DNA of 64,000 nt. Origin: Pristiophorus japonicus. Taxonomy: Eukaryota. Numbering within the stretch: the stretch's first letter is position 1; the number at the start of each line of letters is the position of its first letter. The notes beneath the pieces are model-generated. The model ran no database searches, was not told the origin of the DNA, and was given only the letters and a program-made list of their open reading frames with translations. Location: positions 45,756,001-45,820,000 of the forward strand of contig NC_091995.1 of NCBI RefSeq assembly GCF_044704955.1. The letters are read 5' to 3'. The translations under genes were made by a program, and so were the position numbers. Shown piece after piece: positions 46,366 to 60,342 of the stretch.

Positions 46366-49300
46366 TGTCATGTATTCAACCAGCATTGTAACCTGTGAAA
46401 AACTGACCAAAGTTGTACACCGTGAGAACACTGACCACTAGGTGGGAGACACTCCTAACCTGGACCTTCAGGTATAAAAGGGGAAGCTCCACCCACCTTC
46501 ATTACTTGAGTGCTAAGGAATAAAGGACAGGTCACAGACTGACCTTCTCTCAAGCATGGGCCTCGTGTGCATTTATACTGTGTAGTAAGGATGTATCAAT
46601 GGCGACAAGAAACTGGGATTTAAACCACGCGAGCATGGCCACTAGCAGAACAGACGAGAGGTACTGTGTTAAGGAATGGTTGGGACAGAGATTCAACATT
46701 GTTAAAGCAGCACACAGTTCTCCAGGCAGACAAGGGCAGTCAGGCATTCCCCAACATGTAGTCGAACCCAGAGGGGGAGTTCGACAGAGACAATGGCAAG
46801 CTGAACAGCGATTCACGCCATTGCAAGGGACAATGCGGCCAGTAATGGGGCCATCAACACCTGTTAATGGTGCACTCAAGGACATTAACAGGGACAGTCA
46901 GGGACGATCAACTGGCAAGGGACCTTTTGTTTCAAACCGCAACTTATGCTGGAGGCGTGGAGGCATACATTCAGCCGGAGTTTGCAGAGATGAGCAAAAT
47001 ACCTGCAGAAATTGCTGAAATGGACACTGGGGGAAATCACTGGAAGCTGAAGTTCAGCGAGTTCATGTGGAGCACGTATACAGTTCATACACCAGGACGC
47101 CACAGATAATGATGAAAGTGCTCCTCAATGGCATCCCAGTATCAATGGAGTTAGACACGGGTGCCAGCCAGTCCCTGATGGGTATCAAACAGTTCGAAAA
47201 GTTGTGGGCATCCAAGGCCAGGAGGCCAAAGTTATCGCCGATTGATGCACAGCTACGGACTTACACAAAGCAGATCATTCCGGTGCTAGGCAGCACCACG
47301 GTAGTCATGACCCACAAAGATTCGGAGAACAGGTTGCCACTCTGGATTGTCCTAGGGGACGGTCCCGCACTACTGGGGAGGAGTTGGCTTGCTGTCATGA
47401 ACTGGAAATGGGGCGATGTCAATGCAATTTCCTCTGTGGAGTGAGTATCATGCTCACAGGCCCTGGACAAATTTGACTCATTATTTCAACCCAGCATTGG
47501 CACTTTCATGGGGGCCAAGGTAGTGATTCACATAAACCCGGCCGCCAGACCAGTACACCACAAGGCCAGAGTGGTGCCGTACGTGATGCGGGAAAAGATA
47601 GAAGGCGAATCGGACCACCTGTTGAGGGAAGGCATCATCTCGCCAGTTGAATTCAGTGACTGGGCGAGCCCGATTGTGCCGGTGCTCAAGGCGGATGGGT
47701 CGGTCAGGATATGTGGTGATTACAAGGCCACCATCAATCGGGTGTCACTCCAAGACCAGTACCCGCTACCGAGAGCGGAGGACCTCATTGCGACGCTATC
47801 CGGTGGCAAACTTTTTTCTAAATTGGACCTAACCTCAGCTTACATGACCCAGGAGCTGGCGACTGAGTCGAAAAAGCTGACAACCATCACGACACACAAG
47901 GGGTTGTTTGAGTACAACAGATGTCCGTTCGGAATTCGCTCGGCCGCCGCGATCTTCCAACGAAATATAGAAAGCCTCCTCAAGTCGATTCCAGGGATGG
48001 TGGTTTTTCAGGACGACATCCTCATTACGGGTTATGATACTGAAGAACACCTCCACAACCTGGAGGAGATGCTACGCAGACTGGACCGGGTAGACCTGCG
48101 ACTGAAAAAGGCGAAGTGCTTCTTCCTAGCTCCAGAGGTAGAATTCCTGGGGATGAGGGTAGCAGCAGACTGGATCAGCCCTACTGTATCCAAGACGGAA
48201 GCGATCCAGAGAGCACCCAGACCCCATAACACGACGGAGTAGCGTTCGTTCCTGGGGCTCCTGAACTATTTTGGTAACTTTCTTCCCAAATTGAGCACGC
48301 TGCTAGAGCCGCTACACGTGCTCCTACGCAAAGGTCGCGAATGGGTCTGGGGGGACAGCCAGGAAAGGGCTTTTAATAGAGCACGCAATTTGTTATGTTC
48401 CAACAATCTGTTAACGCTATATGACCCATGTAAGAAACTTGTGTTAACGTGCGATGCGTCGTCCTATGGTGTCGGGTGTGTGTTGCAGCATGTCAATGCC
48501 AAGGGTCAGTTACAGCTGGTAGCTTATGCCTCCAGGAGTCTGTCCCAGGCAGAAAGGAGCTACGGGATGGTAGAAAAGGAGGCGCTCGCATGTGTATATG
48601 CGGTAAAGAAAATGCACCAGTACCTGTTTGGCAGGAAATTTGAGCTGGAGACAGATCACAAACCCCTAACGTCGCTTTTGGCCGACAACAAGGCCATAAA
48701 TGCAAACGCATCGGCCCGCATACAGAGGTGGGCACTCACATTAGCTGCCTATGAATACACAATTCGGCACAGACCGGGCACCGAAAACTGCACCGATGCA
48801 CTCAGCAGGCTCCCACTAGCCACCACTGAGAGGGCTACCGAGCATGGTGCTGAGATGGTCATGGCTGTTGAAGCTTTTGGAAGCGAAGGCTCACCCGTGA
48901 AAGCCCGTCAGATTATAGTCTGGACAAATAGAGACCCGCTATTTTCTCTAGTCAAGAAATGTGTCCTGAATGGGGACTGGGCAGCCACGTACAGGGCATA
49001 CCCTGAGAAATTTAAACCACGTAGTCATGCCCCAGATGGGCAGAGAGGTGTTCATCAGAGAACTCCACAATGGGGACCCGGGCATTGTCATGTTGAAGGC
49101 AATTGCCAGGTCACACGTTTGGTGGCCAGGGATAGACGCAGATCTGGAACTTTGTGTTCGCAGGTGCAACACGTGTGCCCAGCTGGGCCATGCGCACAGG
49201 GAAGCCCCCTTTCGCCCCTGGCCATGGCCCGCCAAGCCTTGGTCACATATCCATGTGGACTACGCAGGTCCTTTCATGGGGAAAATGTTTTTGGTTGTAG

Positions 49301-50428
49301 TAGACGCCTACTACAAATGGATCGAGTGTGACATTTTAAATTCAAGCACATCCTCTGCCACGGTAGAAAGTCTACGGGCAATGTTCGCCGCCCACGGCCT
49401 ACCGGACATCTTGGTCAGCGACAATGGCCTGTGCAGCACAAGCACTGAGTTCCAGGACTTCATGGCAGGCAATGGAATTAACCATGTCAGAACGGCACCG
49501 TTCAAGCCGGCCTCAAACGGCCAGGCAGAACGAGCAGTGCAGATAATCAAACAGGGGATGCTCAGATTCCAAGGGGGTTCCCTACAAACCCGCTTATCAC
49601 GCCTCCTGTTGGCCTATAGATCCCGACCACACTCGCTCCCAGGGGTTCCACCCGCAGAGCTACTAATGAAAAGGACGCTCAAAACCTGATTATCCCTTAT
49701 ACACCCCACCATGAAAGAAATTGTCGAGAGCAGGCGCCAGTCACAATATCACTACCATGACAGGAATGCGAGGGCGCGATATATTGATGTAAATGATCCT
49801 ATTTTAGTCCTCAACTACGCTGCAGGGCCCAAATGGCTCGCAGGCACTGTGGTTGCCAAAGAGGGAAATAGGATTCTGGTAGTTAAACTTACCAGTGGAC
49901 AAATCTGCCGCAAACATGTGGATCAAACAAAAAGGAGGTTCAGCAACCCCATAGAAGAAGCAGAGGAAGAACACAATATAGATTTCACTCCACCACAGGT
50001 GACCAAACACCGGAACCAAAGGGAGGAGAGCCCAGTCACTGTGGGCAGTCTGGACAGGTCTGAGGTACTGCAAACAGCAGACACTCAGGCCAGCGCCCAA
50101 CAACCAAGCCCCAACTCAGGCGCTCTACAAGGGAGCGTAAACCACCAGAGAGTCTCAACCTGTGATCCCAATAAGACTTTGGAGGGGGAGGTGATGTCAT
50201 GTATTCAACCAGCATTGTAACCCATGTATAATCTGACCAAAGTTGTACACCGTGAGAACACTGACCACTAGGTGGGAGACACTCCTAACCTGGACCTCCA
50301 GGTATAAAAGAGGAAGCTCCAACCACCTTCATCACTTGAGTGCTAAGGAATAAAGGACAGGTCACAGACTGACCTTCTCTCACGCATGGGCCTCGTGTGC
50401 ATTTATATTGTGTAGTAAGGACGTATCA
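46366..50428 (+). mobile_element. Ty3/Gypsy (Mag-type) LTR retrotransposon 2, gag internally deleted
   Basis: LTRs 46366-46598 and 50195-50428; TSD CCGAC at 46361-46365 and 50429-50433; PBS from 46600; PPT GGAGGGGGAGG; protease ELDTGA, RT FQDD, RNase H TCDAS, integrase HVDYAGP/VSDNG/SNGQAERAV. Confidence 0.96.
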
Positions 50429-53400
50429 CCGACAAACTCCAATTCCATTTCCTTTGTCTTTACTCTCTCTCTATGAGACTCATGTTACTGGGGTCAATGT
50501 GGCCAACAATGTATTCTCCTGATTCTTCCAAGCGCCAGGTAGGCATTCTGAAGGCTCTTCCACGTTATTACTTTCTAACTGTGCTTAAAACAATGGTATT
50601 GATATTCTGCCCTCCTCTAACTCATTCCCCCATCAACCCGCGCCCCCTTCAATATTCCCATACCACAATCATCAGTTTGAAAACCCGGAATTGGTCTTAC
50701 TGAAAAACAGCTTCCTCGTTGAACATCTCTTTCCATTTTCCTTGTTCAGCTCAGTGCTCTCCTTCCCTTCTTTAACTTCGGTTCTGAGTTGCATTTTGAA
50801 AATGGAAGCCTGCTGTGAAAATATTTAACGATTTGAACCAATGATGTTGCTTTAGAATGTTGAAGTTCTGTTAGGTTCTAGTTTAATGCAGTTTATCAAA
50901 TGAACATTTACCCAGGAAGCCAATGAATTTTTGTGCACATTGTTTGATTACACAATGCTCTCTTACTCCCAGTTTCTATGAGGACCGACGCTCAACTATC
51001 GCTATTGGTCTTTCATCTGGGCCTCCAGAAAAGCCTTTGCTCTCTTTGTCCACAATCAGCTTCTCCCCTCAACCTGATTTTTATACCACATGACTTTTGA
51101 CTTTTGCTGTTTGTATGATTGAATTAAATTGGAGAATTGGAATGGTTTTTAATCAGTCATAAATTCCTGGATGAAAAGGAGCACCGTCCAAATGCAAAAC
51201 GCTGAACAAGAAGCAACAAATTAAAACTGCAGCATCCTTATATCAACTGTCTCTATTTCAGAGAGTAACACATTCTGTACAATGTCAGTCAGATTGCTTA
51301 GACCATTAACAATAATTTGCCGCAGTGGCAGTTCAGGATTTGATTCCCGAGGTCACAATGTGTTGCAGTGTCCAAATGTCATGATGACTATTTCCTCTTT
51401 TCCATATTTCAATCTGAATCTTAAATACGTTAATTTGGAAACTACTTACAATTTCTCTAAAAATGCCAGAAAGAGTAAAAGGTCATGAACACATTTACAA
51501 TCTCCTGAGACATAACCTCAGAATAAGTCTAACCAACCTAAATACAGCTATGCAGTATCTTCATAGACACTCGATCACTGACACAGAATTTCTAATTTAA
51601 ATACAAAAACTACATGCAAATTGATTTGCCTCACACACGTACAAACACAGATCAAAATGTGATGCTTGAATGATGATCCTCTTAACGATTTGTGTAAAGA
51701 GACTGTGGGAGTATGCCTGAAGACACTCTTTTGAGCATGGAAATGCTGTCTCTCCAAACTAACCAGATACAACAGAATATCGACAATGGACGATGAACAG
51801 ATATTGTGGAGTTTTGGCCGCTTATGTTTGAGTGTCAGTTAGAAATTAAATGGGACCTTGCTGCGGGAAATGAAATTGTTTTTTATGGCTCATTATACAG
51901 TTAAGCGATGTAGTCTTTGGGAGAGCGAGTTTAATGGGACAGACAGTTTGCTTTTGCTCCATGGTTTTCACATATTCTGAAGAGTACATTCATAAAGCAA
52001 CAACTGCATTCCAGTTGTCTTCTAATATTTATTGTCTTCCATTCCTATCACTAAAACACGGGGGAGAATTTGTTCTATTGCCTGGTTTACGATTTAATTT
52101 CTCATAAGGCACGGAACACTCCCATATCCTCAAACATACATCAATAGAACACTTCCATTGGAAACCCTTTCCAAACGCGCTGATCTCCCGACTGCCGCAT
52201 CTCTTTCAATCTCCATCTTTCTCCCTCAGTCTTTAACCACATTTGCTTATCTCTCTCCCCTGGGTTTCTCCCGTTCCCTCTCTATAAAGTGCCTGGAAAC
52301 TTCTTGTACACCAGGGTACTCTATAAATGTAAATTTTTAATGGCTGTGGAAGTGATTTGGAAATACCAATGTGACCAACCAATCAGGAGCTGCATCTGTT
52401 CCATTACTAACGTTGTTCGTTGTAGTGTATAGCGGATTGTTCAAGTTAGGGTTGTTTCCTTTAGAAAGAACATTGGAAGGTAACTTAACTGAAGTTTTCT
52501 TGGCTCTGTGGGAAATTGGCACAATCTATCCAGAAGAAAGATTCACTCCGGCGCAATCCTGGCCATACTGAGGCCAACAATTGTTTCTAATGCCGATTTC
52601 ACAAGTCTTTTGTGGGAACAATTGGCTTCCATTCTGAAAGGCGCAAGTTTGCGCTGTTGAAATTCTTAGCTGCTGGCCATCTTTGTCTGGTACAGCCGCC
52701 GGAGAAACAACACTGCCTCATCCGTGTAAAATAAATTATCCTCCTCTCACCTTTGGTTCTTTTCCCGACTACCTTAAATCTGGGTCATTTGCTTACATGA
52801 TCCTTCTTCCAGTGGATCCTTCATGAGTTTGAACATGTTTATTATATCTCCCCTTGAATACCTTTGCTCTAAGGACCACAATCCCAGCTTCTCTAGTCTA
52901 CCACAGAATCACTGCTATTATATTCAGGGTCACTATTGCTATAAATAAGGGCAAATACATTAAACATCATGAAGATATAAGCAAGGTGGAATATCAGACG
53001 AAGCCTCCATGTCCAAATTTGTGTTCGTAATTCTCTACGTCTTTCTGACGTACATTTTTCCATTGATGAATCACAGGAAGGAGAACATGTGGGGGAAATC
53101 TTAACCTAACCCGCCCGGCAGGCATGGAATGAGTTCGAGTCGGCACTGTTCCCCAGCGGCCAAATTTGAAGAACCACAATACAACACATTTGACATAATT
53201 ATCAAATGCTTGAAGTGTACGGGTAGAATATATAACAACAATTTTTGGATTTCTAACTTACCACCACTTAAAATTAAATGGTTTCCTGTCATTTCACCAT
53301 AGCCTGTTTTGCGCTGTGTCTGAGTCCAACTTGCCCCCTGGTCAATATAATATAAACTAGTCAGCATGGATCTGTAAAGGGAAGGAAATGTTTAACCAAC

Positions 53401-53740
53401 CCCATTGAATAATTTGAAGAGGTAATGGAAACACATGCCTGCAGGAAGTTTTGTCCAGGAGGGATCTGTGCCACCATTTCACCATTGTTCACCATATATA
53501 GCAATGATTTGGACTCAGAAATTCGAGGTATGGGGAATGATTTTGAAGTTGCTGATCAGCCATCTATTATACATTTCTCGGGAGATATATTACTCATGGT
53601 GTCGAAATTTGCACATGGTACCAATTGGAATGTTTGTTAGTAAAAGAAGGTCTGCACTATAATACAAGAAGACACATCAGGCTTGCAGAGTGGGCAGATA
53701 CATGAAAAATTACATTCAATGTAGCGAAGAGTGAGGTAAT

Positions 53741-55106
53741 ACAAAAGGAAAATGCTGCGGACGCTGGAAGCTGAAATAAAAACAGAAAACGCTGGAAATC
53801 TCAGCGGGCCAGGCAACATCTGTGGATAGAGAAATAGAGTTAATGTTTCGGGTCGATGATCCTTCATCAGAATTGGTGAATGTTCGAACTGACAGAGTCT
53901 CATGGAGCACTGAAAGGGGGAGGGGAGAAAAGAACAAAGGGGACGGTATATGATAGGGTGGAAGACAGGAGAGATTAGAGAGACAAAAGTGATGATGAGC
54001 AGAATTGAGATGGTAATAGAATTTAGAAAGACATCAGTTTAGATAGGCTGTGAATAGAAGGATAATTATCAGCTGCCATGGGAAACAGACAGAAACATTT
54101 TACATAAGATCGGGAGGGGTGTTAAAAAAGGAGGAAAGAGAGCAAAATTGTTTGAAATTGTTGAATTCGATGTTGAGTTCAGAAGGCTGTAAAATGCCTA
54201 AACGAAGGATGGGATGCTGTTCCGAGAGCTTGCATTGAGCTTCATTTGAACAGCACAGGAGGCCGAGGACAGAGATGTTGGAGGGTGAGTGGAGCGGGGA
54301 ATTAAAGTGACAGGAGACCGGAAGCTCAGAGTCACACTTGCGGACTAAATGGAGGTGTTCCACAAAGCAGTCACCCAATCTGTGTTTGTCTCCCCAGTGT
54401 AAAATAGACCACATCATGAGTTGCGAATACAGTCTACTAAATTGAAAGAAGTGGAAGTAAATCACTGTTTCACCTGGATGAGTATTTGGTGCCCTGGACA
54501 GTAGGAATGGAGGAGGTAAAAGGGCAGGTGTTGCATCTCCTGCGCTTTCATGAGAAGGTGCCATGGGAAGGCGAGGAGGTGCTTGGGATGACTGTGGAAT
54601 GGACCAGAGTGTCGCAGAGGGAGCGGTCCCTTCGGCATGCTGAGAGGGGAGGAGAGGGGAAGATGTGATTGCTGTGACATCACGCTGGACGTGGCGGAAA
54701 TGGTGGAGGATGATCTGTTGAATGTGGATGCTAGTGAGGAGAAATGTGTGGACAAGGGGCACCCTGTCGTCATTCTGAAAGGGAGGGGAAGGGGTGAGAA
54801 CAGAGGTCCTGGATATAGAACAGACATGGTCGAGGGCCATGTTAACCAGGGTGAACGGGAATCCTTGGTTGAGGAAAAGGGAAGAAATGTCAGAGCACTC
54901 ATGTTGAAGGTGGCATTGTCAGAGCAGATGCGATGGAGATGGAGAAACTGGGAGAATGGAATGGAGTCCTTACAGGAAGCAGGGTGTGAGGAAGTGTAGT
55001 CCAGATAGCTGTGGGAGACAGTGAGCTTACAGTGAAGATTTGTCAATAGCCTATCCCCAGAAATGGAGAGAGAGAAGTCGAGGAAGGGAAAGGAAGATTC
55101 GAAGAT
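53741..55106 (-). mobile_element. Penelope-like element (RT C-terminus + GIY-YIG endonuclease + terminal repeat)
   Basis: SHSYLDYTSSHPASCKDSIPFSQFL..RICS; RLGDCFVEHL..PVSCHFNS..H..EQH.I.RLG.LQP..LNIEF; TSD-like TGAGGTAAT 53732-53740 and TGAGGTAGT 55107-55115. Confidence 0.9.
53838..53874 (-). ncRNA. Degenerate minimal hammerhead motif
   Basis: Minus strand AATT-CTGATGA-AGGATCatcGACCC-GAAA-CATT-AACT; the stem III palindrome is broken by CpG decay. Confidence 0.55.
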
Positions 55107-56339
55107 TGAGGTAGTTCATTTTGGTAGCAGGAATAAGGAGGTGAATTATTAATTGGAAGGTAGAAACTAAATGGGGTAGAGGAGCAAAGTGATCTGGAAA
55201 TGCACAAACCACTAAAAGTAGCAACGCAAGCGGATAAGATGACAACAAATTGCAAACAAAGTACTGGGTTCATTTCTAGCAGAATGAATAGAACATAAAA
55301 CAAAGAGGCAATGTTAAATTTGTATAGCGTCTTGGTTAGACCAGACGTGGAGTACTGTGGGCAGTTCTGATCTCCATGCTACAAAAAGCATATTGAAGCA
55401 CTGGGGAAAGTACAGAAAATATTTGCAAGAATGTTATCAGAATTGGGAGGATGCATCTATCAGAAAGGATTGGACTAGGCTGGGGCTGCTTTCTTCGACA
55501 CACAAGAGATTAAGCAAAACATTTCGGAGGCATTTCCTTACACGCAGACTGATGAGAATGTGGAACTCACTGCCACGTGGAATGGTTGAAGCAGAGAGCA
55601 TTACTTTACTTAAGAAATGGCTTGATGCATACCTGAGGGAGAAGGGAATAAATGGATATATAGGGGCAGGGTGGACAGAAGTAATTAGATTAGGATAACA
55701 CCCCTGTGGAGTATAACCATCAGATAGACCAGTTAGGTGAATGGCCTATTCCTCTGTTGAAGATTCTATTTAACATGTAATTTTATATAAACGGTTCAGA
55801 CAAATGGATGCAGAAAATTGGTGGAGCCAACTCAGGGCACTGGCTATCGGAGGAGTAATTGGATTTGATTTGATATCAAATTTATTTCTGTACGAATGTA
55901 CAATAACTGACACATAAGGAACAAGTTTAGAGTTAAATGGATCATGAAATAATTGTTCTGTCCCAGAAAACGGGGAAGTTCCGTAAAAACTTTCATTGAG
56001 GATGTTCTATAAATGGAATACTAATTCTTTCGGAGGAAGTGAAACTACAAGAGGAAGAGCCTCCAGGTGTGAATCATCTTCAGGGCCCACAGTCACATCT
56101 GTGTCACAAAACCTAGGGCTCGCATTGGGAAAAATAATATTATAAAATGTTGATTTCTTGATACATAGACTAGGGATCATGGAAGTCTATAGGAAAGTGG
56201 AAACATGGGAAAGTTAGACAAGTTTGTGGTACAATTTCGTTTTTAAAGAGTTATAAAGTTGCTGGGAGAAATGTTAACAGGCCTCGTCCCCTTTTTTGGA
56301 GTTTACTCTTTCTCTTTGAATTTCCCTTCACATTTTGTG

Positions 56340-59300
56340 ACCTCACCCTCCTCTAGGGGATGAGATACCTGATGCGGAGATCGAGTTCCGCGGGTGCCTG
56401 CGACCTTTCCCATTTCTGTGATGAGACTGAATACTGGTGAGGGTGATGGTTCCGCTGGGGATTACAGCCAGAGCCAAGTCCATGGCATCACGGGTGGCTC
56501 AGCTGGTGGAGGGGAGGAGAACGATTGTGAAAGCAATTGTAATTAGAGATTGGATAGTTAGGGGAACAGACAGCTGTTTCTGCGGCCGCAGACCTGATTC
56601 CTAGATGGTATGTTCCCTCCCTGGTGCCAGATCCAAGGATGTCACTGAGCGGCTGCAGAACATATCTGAGGGGGGAGGTCATGGTCAGTGTTGGTATCAA
56701 CGACATAGTTAGAAAGTGCGATGAGGTCCTTCATGCAGATTTTAGGGAGGTAGGAGAGAGATTATAAAGTAGGACCTCAAATGTAGTAATCACTGGATTA
56801 CTCCCAGTGCCACCAACTAGTGAGTATAGAAATAGAAGGATAGGATAGATGAATGAGTGGCTGTTGAGATGGTGCAGGAGGGACGACATTAGATTTCTGG
56901 GACATTGGGACTGGTTCTGGGGATCGTAGGACCTGTATAGGCTGGATGAGTTGCACCTCAACAGGGCTGGGACCAATGCCCTCGCAGGGGAGAGGGCGGA
57001 GGCGGGGAGGGCCACTAATGCTGTTGGGGAGGGTGTAAACTAATTTGGCAGGAGGATGGGTGCCATGATATAGCACGAGAAATGAGAAACAAGGTGCACA
57101 AAGGATTGGGAGAGACAGATAACACTAGAGTAAGAACTAGTACAGTACTCGGTGGGGTCACAATAAGGGAGAATACAAGAATGTCTAAAATAGGTTTATA
57201 GTGCATGTGTGTAAATGAATGAAGAGTGGTAAATAAGGCTGGTGAGCTGCAGGCACAAATAGACACATGGGGATATGATGTCGTGGCAATAATGATGACG
57301 TGGCTCAAAAGAGAATAGGATTGGGTACTAAATATATCTAGAATTAAGGTGTTCAGGAAAGAACGGGAAGAAAAGAATGAAGGGGTCTGGCAGTATTGAT
57401 TAATTGAATATTACAGTGCTGGAGAAATAAGATGTCCTGGTGAGCTCCAGGACAGAATCTATTTGCTTAAAGTTAAAAAAACAATTGAGATGCCATTACG
57501 GTACTAAGTATATTATGTAGGCCACCAACGAGTGAGAAGGAGATAGGAGCACATTTGCAGGGAAATTAAGGAGATGTGCAAGAACTATAGAATAGTGATA
57601 ATTGTGGATTTCAACTAATCTAACATAGACTAATAGTGTAAAGAGCAAAAATGGAAGAATTTCTGAAGTGTGTTCAGGAGAACTTTATTGATCAATACAT
57701 TTCCAGCTCAATAAGGAATAAGCCATTGCTTGATCTTGGTCTGGTGAGGGAGTTGGATCATGTAGAGCAAGTGTCAGTAGGATAACATTTAGGGCACAGT
57801 GGTTGCCGTGTCACAAGGTTTAGAATAGCTATGGAAAAGGACAGGGAACAATCTGGTGTAAATATACTTAATTGGAGGAAGGTCAATTTCCGTGAGTTGA
57901 GAATGGATCTGGGTAAATTGGAATCAAAGATTGACAGGCAAAACTGTAGTCAAACAATGGGCTGCCTTTAAAGAAGAGATGGTTTAGATACAGTTGAGAT
58001 ACATTTTAACGAGGAGAATAGTTAGGGCAACCAAAGCCAGAGCTCCCTGGATGACGAAAGAGATAGAGTAAGATAAAGCAGAAAAAGGGGGCGTATGACA
58101 GATATCAGGTTGAGAATACAAGTGACAACCAGGCTGAATACAGATAGTTCAGCGGGGAGATGAAAAAGTAAATCAGGGGGGCAACGAGAGAATAAGGGAA
58201 GAGATTGGCAGTTAACATAAAAGGGAATCAAAAAGTCTTCAATAGTCGTATAACTAGTAAACAGGTAGTAAGAGAAGGAGTGGGCCTATTAGGGACCACA
58301 ATGGAGACCTAGCATGGAGGCAGAGGGCATGACCGAGTTGCTAAATTAGCACTTTGCATCTGACTTTTCCAATGAAGAAGATGCTACCAAAGTCATAGAG
58401 CAAGAGGAGCTAGTTGAGATACTGGATGGGATAAAAATTGATAAAGAGGAGGTACTAGAATTGCTGGCTGTACTTAAAGTAGGTAACCACTAGGACCAGA
58501 TGGGAAGCATTCTAGGATGCTGACGCTGGTAAAGTTGGAAATTGTGGAGGTACTGGACATAATCCTTCAATCCTCGTTAGATACGGGAGTGTTGCTAGAG
58601 GTCTGGAGAATTGAAAACGTTCAAAAGAGGGTACAAGGAGAAACCCAGCAACTACAGACCAGTCAGTTTAACCTCGGTAGTGGGGAAGCTTTTAGAAATG
58701 ATAATCCGAGACAAAATTAACAGTCACTTGGACAAATGTGGATTCATTAAGGAAATTCAGCACGGATTTGTAAAAGGCAAATAGTGTTTAACTAACCTGA
58801 TTGCGTTTGTTGATGAGGTAACAGAGATGGTTGATGAGGGCACTGCGGTTGATGTGGTGTACATGGACTTCCAAAAGGCATTTGATGAAATGCCAAGTAA
58901 CAGAATTGCCAGCAAGGTGAAGCCCATGGAATAAAAGGGACACTGGCAGCATGGATACAAAATTGCCTAAATGACAGGAGACAGAGAGTAACATAGAAAC
59001 ATAGAAAATAGGTGCAGGAGCAGGCCATTCAGCCCTTCGAGCCTGCACCGCCATTCAATGAGTTCATGGCTGAACATGAATCTTCAGTACCCCCTTCCTG
59101 CTTTCTCGTCATACCCCTTGATCCCCCGAGTAGTAAGGACTTCATCTAACTCACTTTTGAATATATTTAGTGAATTGGCCTCAACTACTTTCTGTGGTAG
59201 AGAATTCCACAGGTTCACCACTCTCTGGGTGAAGAAGTTGGTCCTAAATGGCTTACCCCTTATCCTTAGACTGTGACCCCTGGTTCTGGACTTCCCCAAC

Positions 59301-60342
59301 ATTGGGAACATTCTTCCTGCATCTAACCTGTCTAAACCCGTCAGAATTTTAAATGTTTCTATGAGGTCCCCTCTCATTCTTCTGAACTCCAGTGAATACA
59401 AGCCAGTCTTTCTTGATCCAGTCTTTCTTGATAGGTCAGTCCCACCATCCCGGGACTCAGTCTGGTGAATTTTCGCTGCACTCCCTCAATAGCAAGAATG
59501 TCCTTCCTCAAGTTAGGAGACCAAAACAGTACACAATACTCCAGATGTGGCCTCACCAAGGCCCTGTACAACTGTAGCAACACCTCCCTGCCCCTGTACT
59601 CAAATCCCCTCGCTATGAAGGCCAACATGCCATTTGCTTTCTTAACCGCCTGCTGTACCTGCATGCCAACCTTCAATGACTGATGTACCATGTAGTGGTG
59701 AACGGTTGTTTATTGGACTGGAGATGGTATAAAGTGATGTTCCCCAAGGGTCGGTACTAGGACCACTGCTTTTTTGATATATATTAATGACTTAGACTTG
59801 GGTGTACAAGGCACAATCTCAAACTTTGTAGATGACACAAAACTTGTAAATATAGTGAACAGAGAGGAGGATAGTGATAGACTTTAAGAGGACATACGTA
59901 GTCTGGTGGAAACACGGGGCAGCTGAAATTTAACGCAGAAAAGTGTGAAATGAAATATTTTGGTTGAACGAATGAGGGGAGGACATATAAACTAAATGGT
60001 GCGATCCTAAAGGGAGTACATTGACGGAGTGACCAGTGATATATGTGCACAAATCATTGAAGGTGACAGGGCAGGGTGAGAAAGACGTTAAAAAGCTTAC
60101 GGGATCATGGGCTTGATAAATGAAGGCATAGAGTACAAAAGTTATGAAAAACTTTTATAAAACACTGGTTCGGCCTCAACTGGAGCACTGTGTCCAATTG
60201 TAGTACAGCACTTTATGAAGGACGTGAAGGCCTCCGAGAGGGTGGGGATTGGGACCAGCTGAAGTGCGCTTGCAGAGAGCCGGCACGGGCTCGATGGGCC
60301 GAATGGCTTCCGTCTGTGCTGTAACCATTCTATGATTGTATG
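56340..60342 (+). mobile_element. Old, near full-length CR1 (ORF1 esterase + ORF2), heavily decayed
   Basis: KAIVIRDWIVRGTD..CSLPGARSKDV; [15 protein letters not shown]; YMDFQKAFD; [12 protein letters not shown]; tail CATTCTATGATTGTATG. Confidence 0.85.
58991..59691 (-). mobile_element. Younger 5'-truncated CR1 nested antisense in the old CR1
   Basis: MVHQSLKVG..RPHLEYC..GIKGY; tail reverse complement ACATAGAAACATAGAAA at 58991. Confidence 0.93.

Larger units (their letters stand above)
53375..55780 (+). mobile_element. Old CR1 RT/3' fragment split by a Penelope insertion
   Basis: Degenerate LFTIYSNDLD, SKFAH, FNVAKSEV|HFG, LVRPDVEYCGQF, WNSLP and CR1 3' UTR. Confidence 0.7.
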
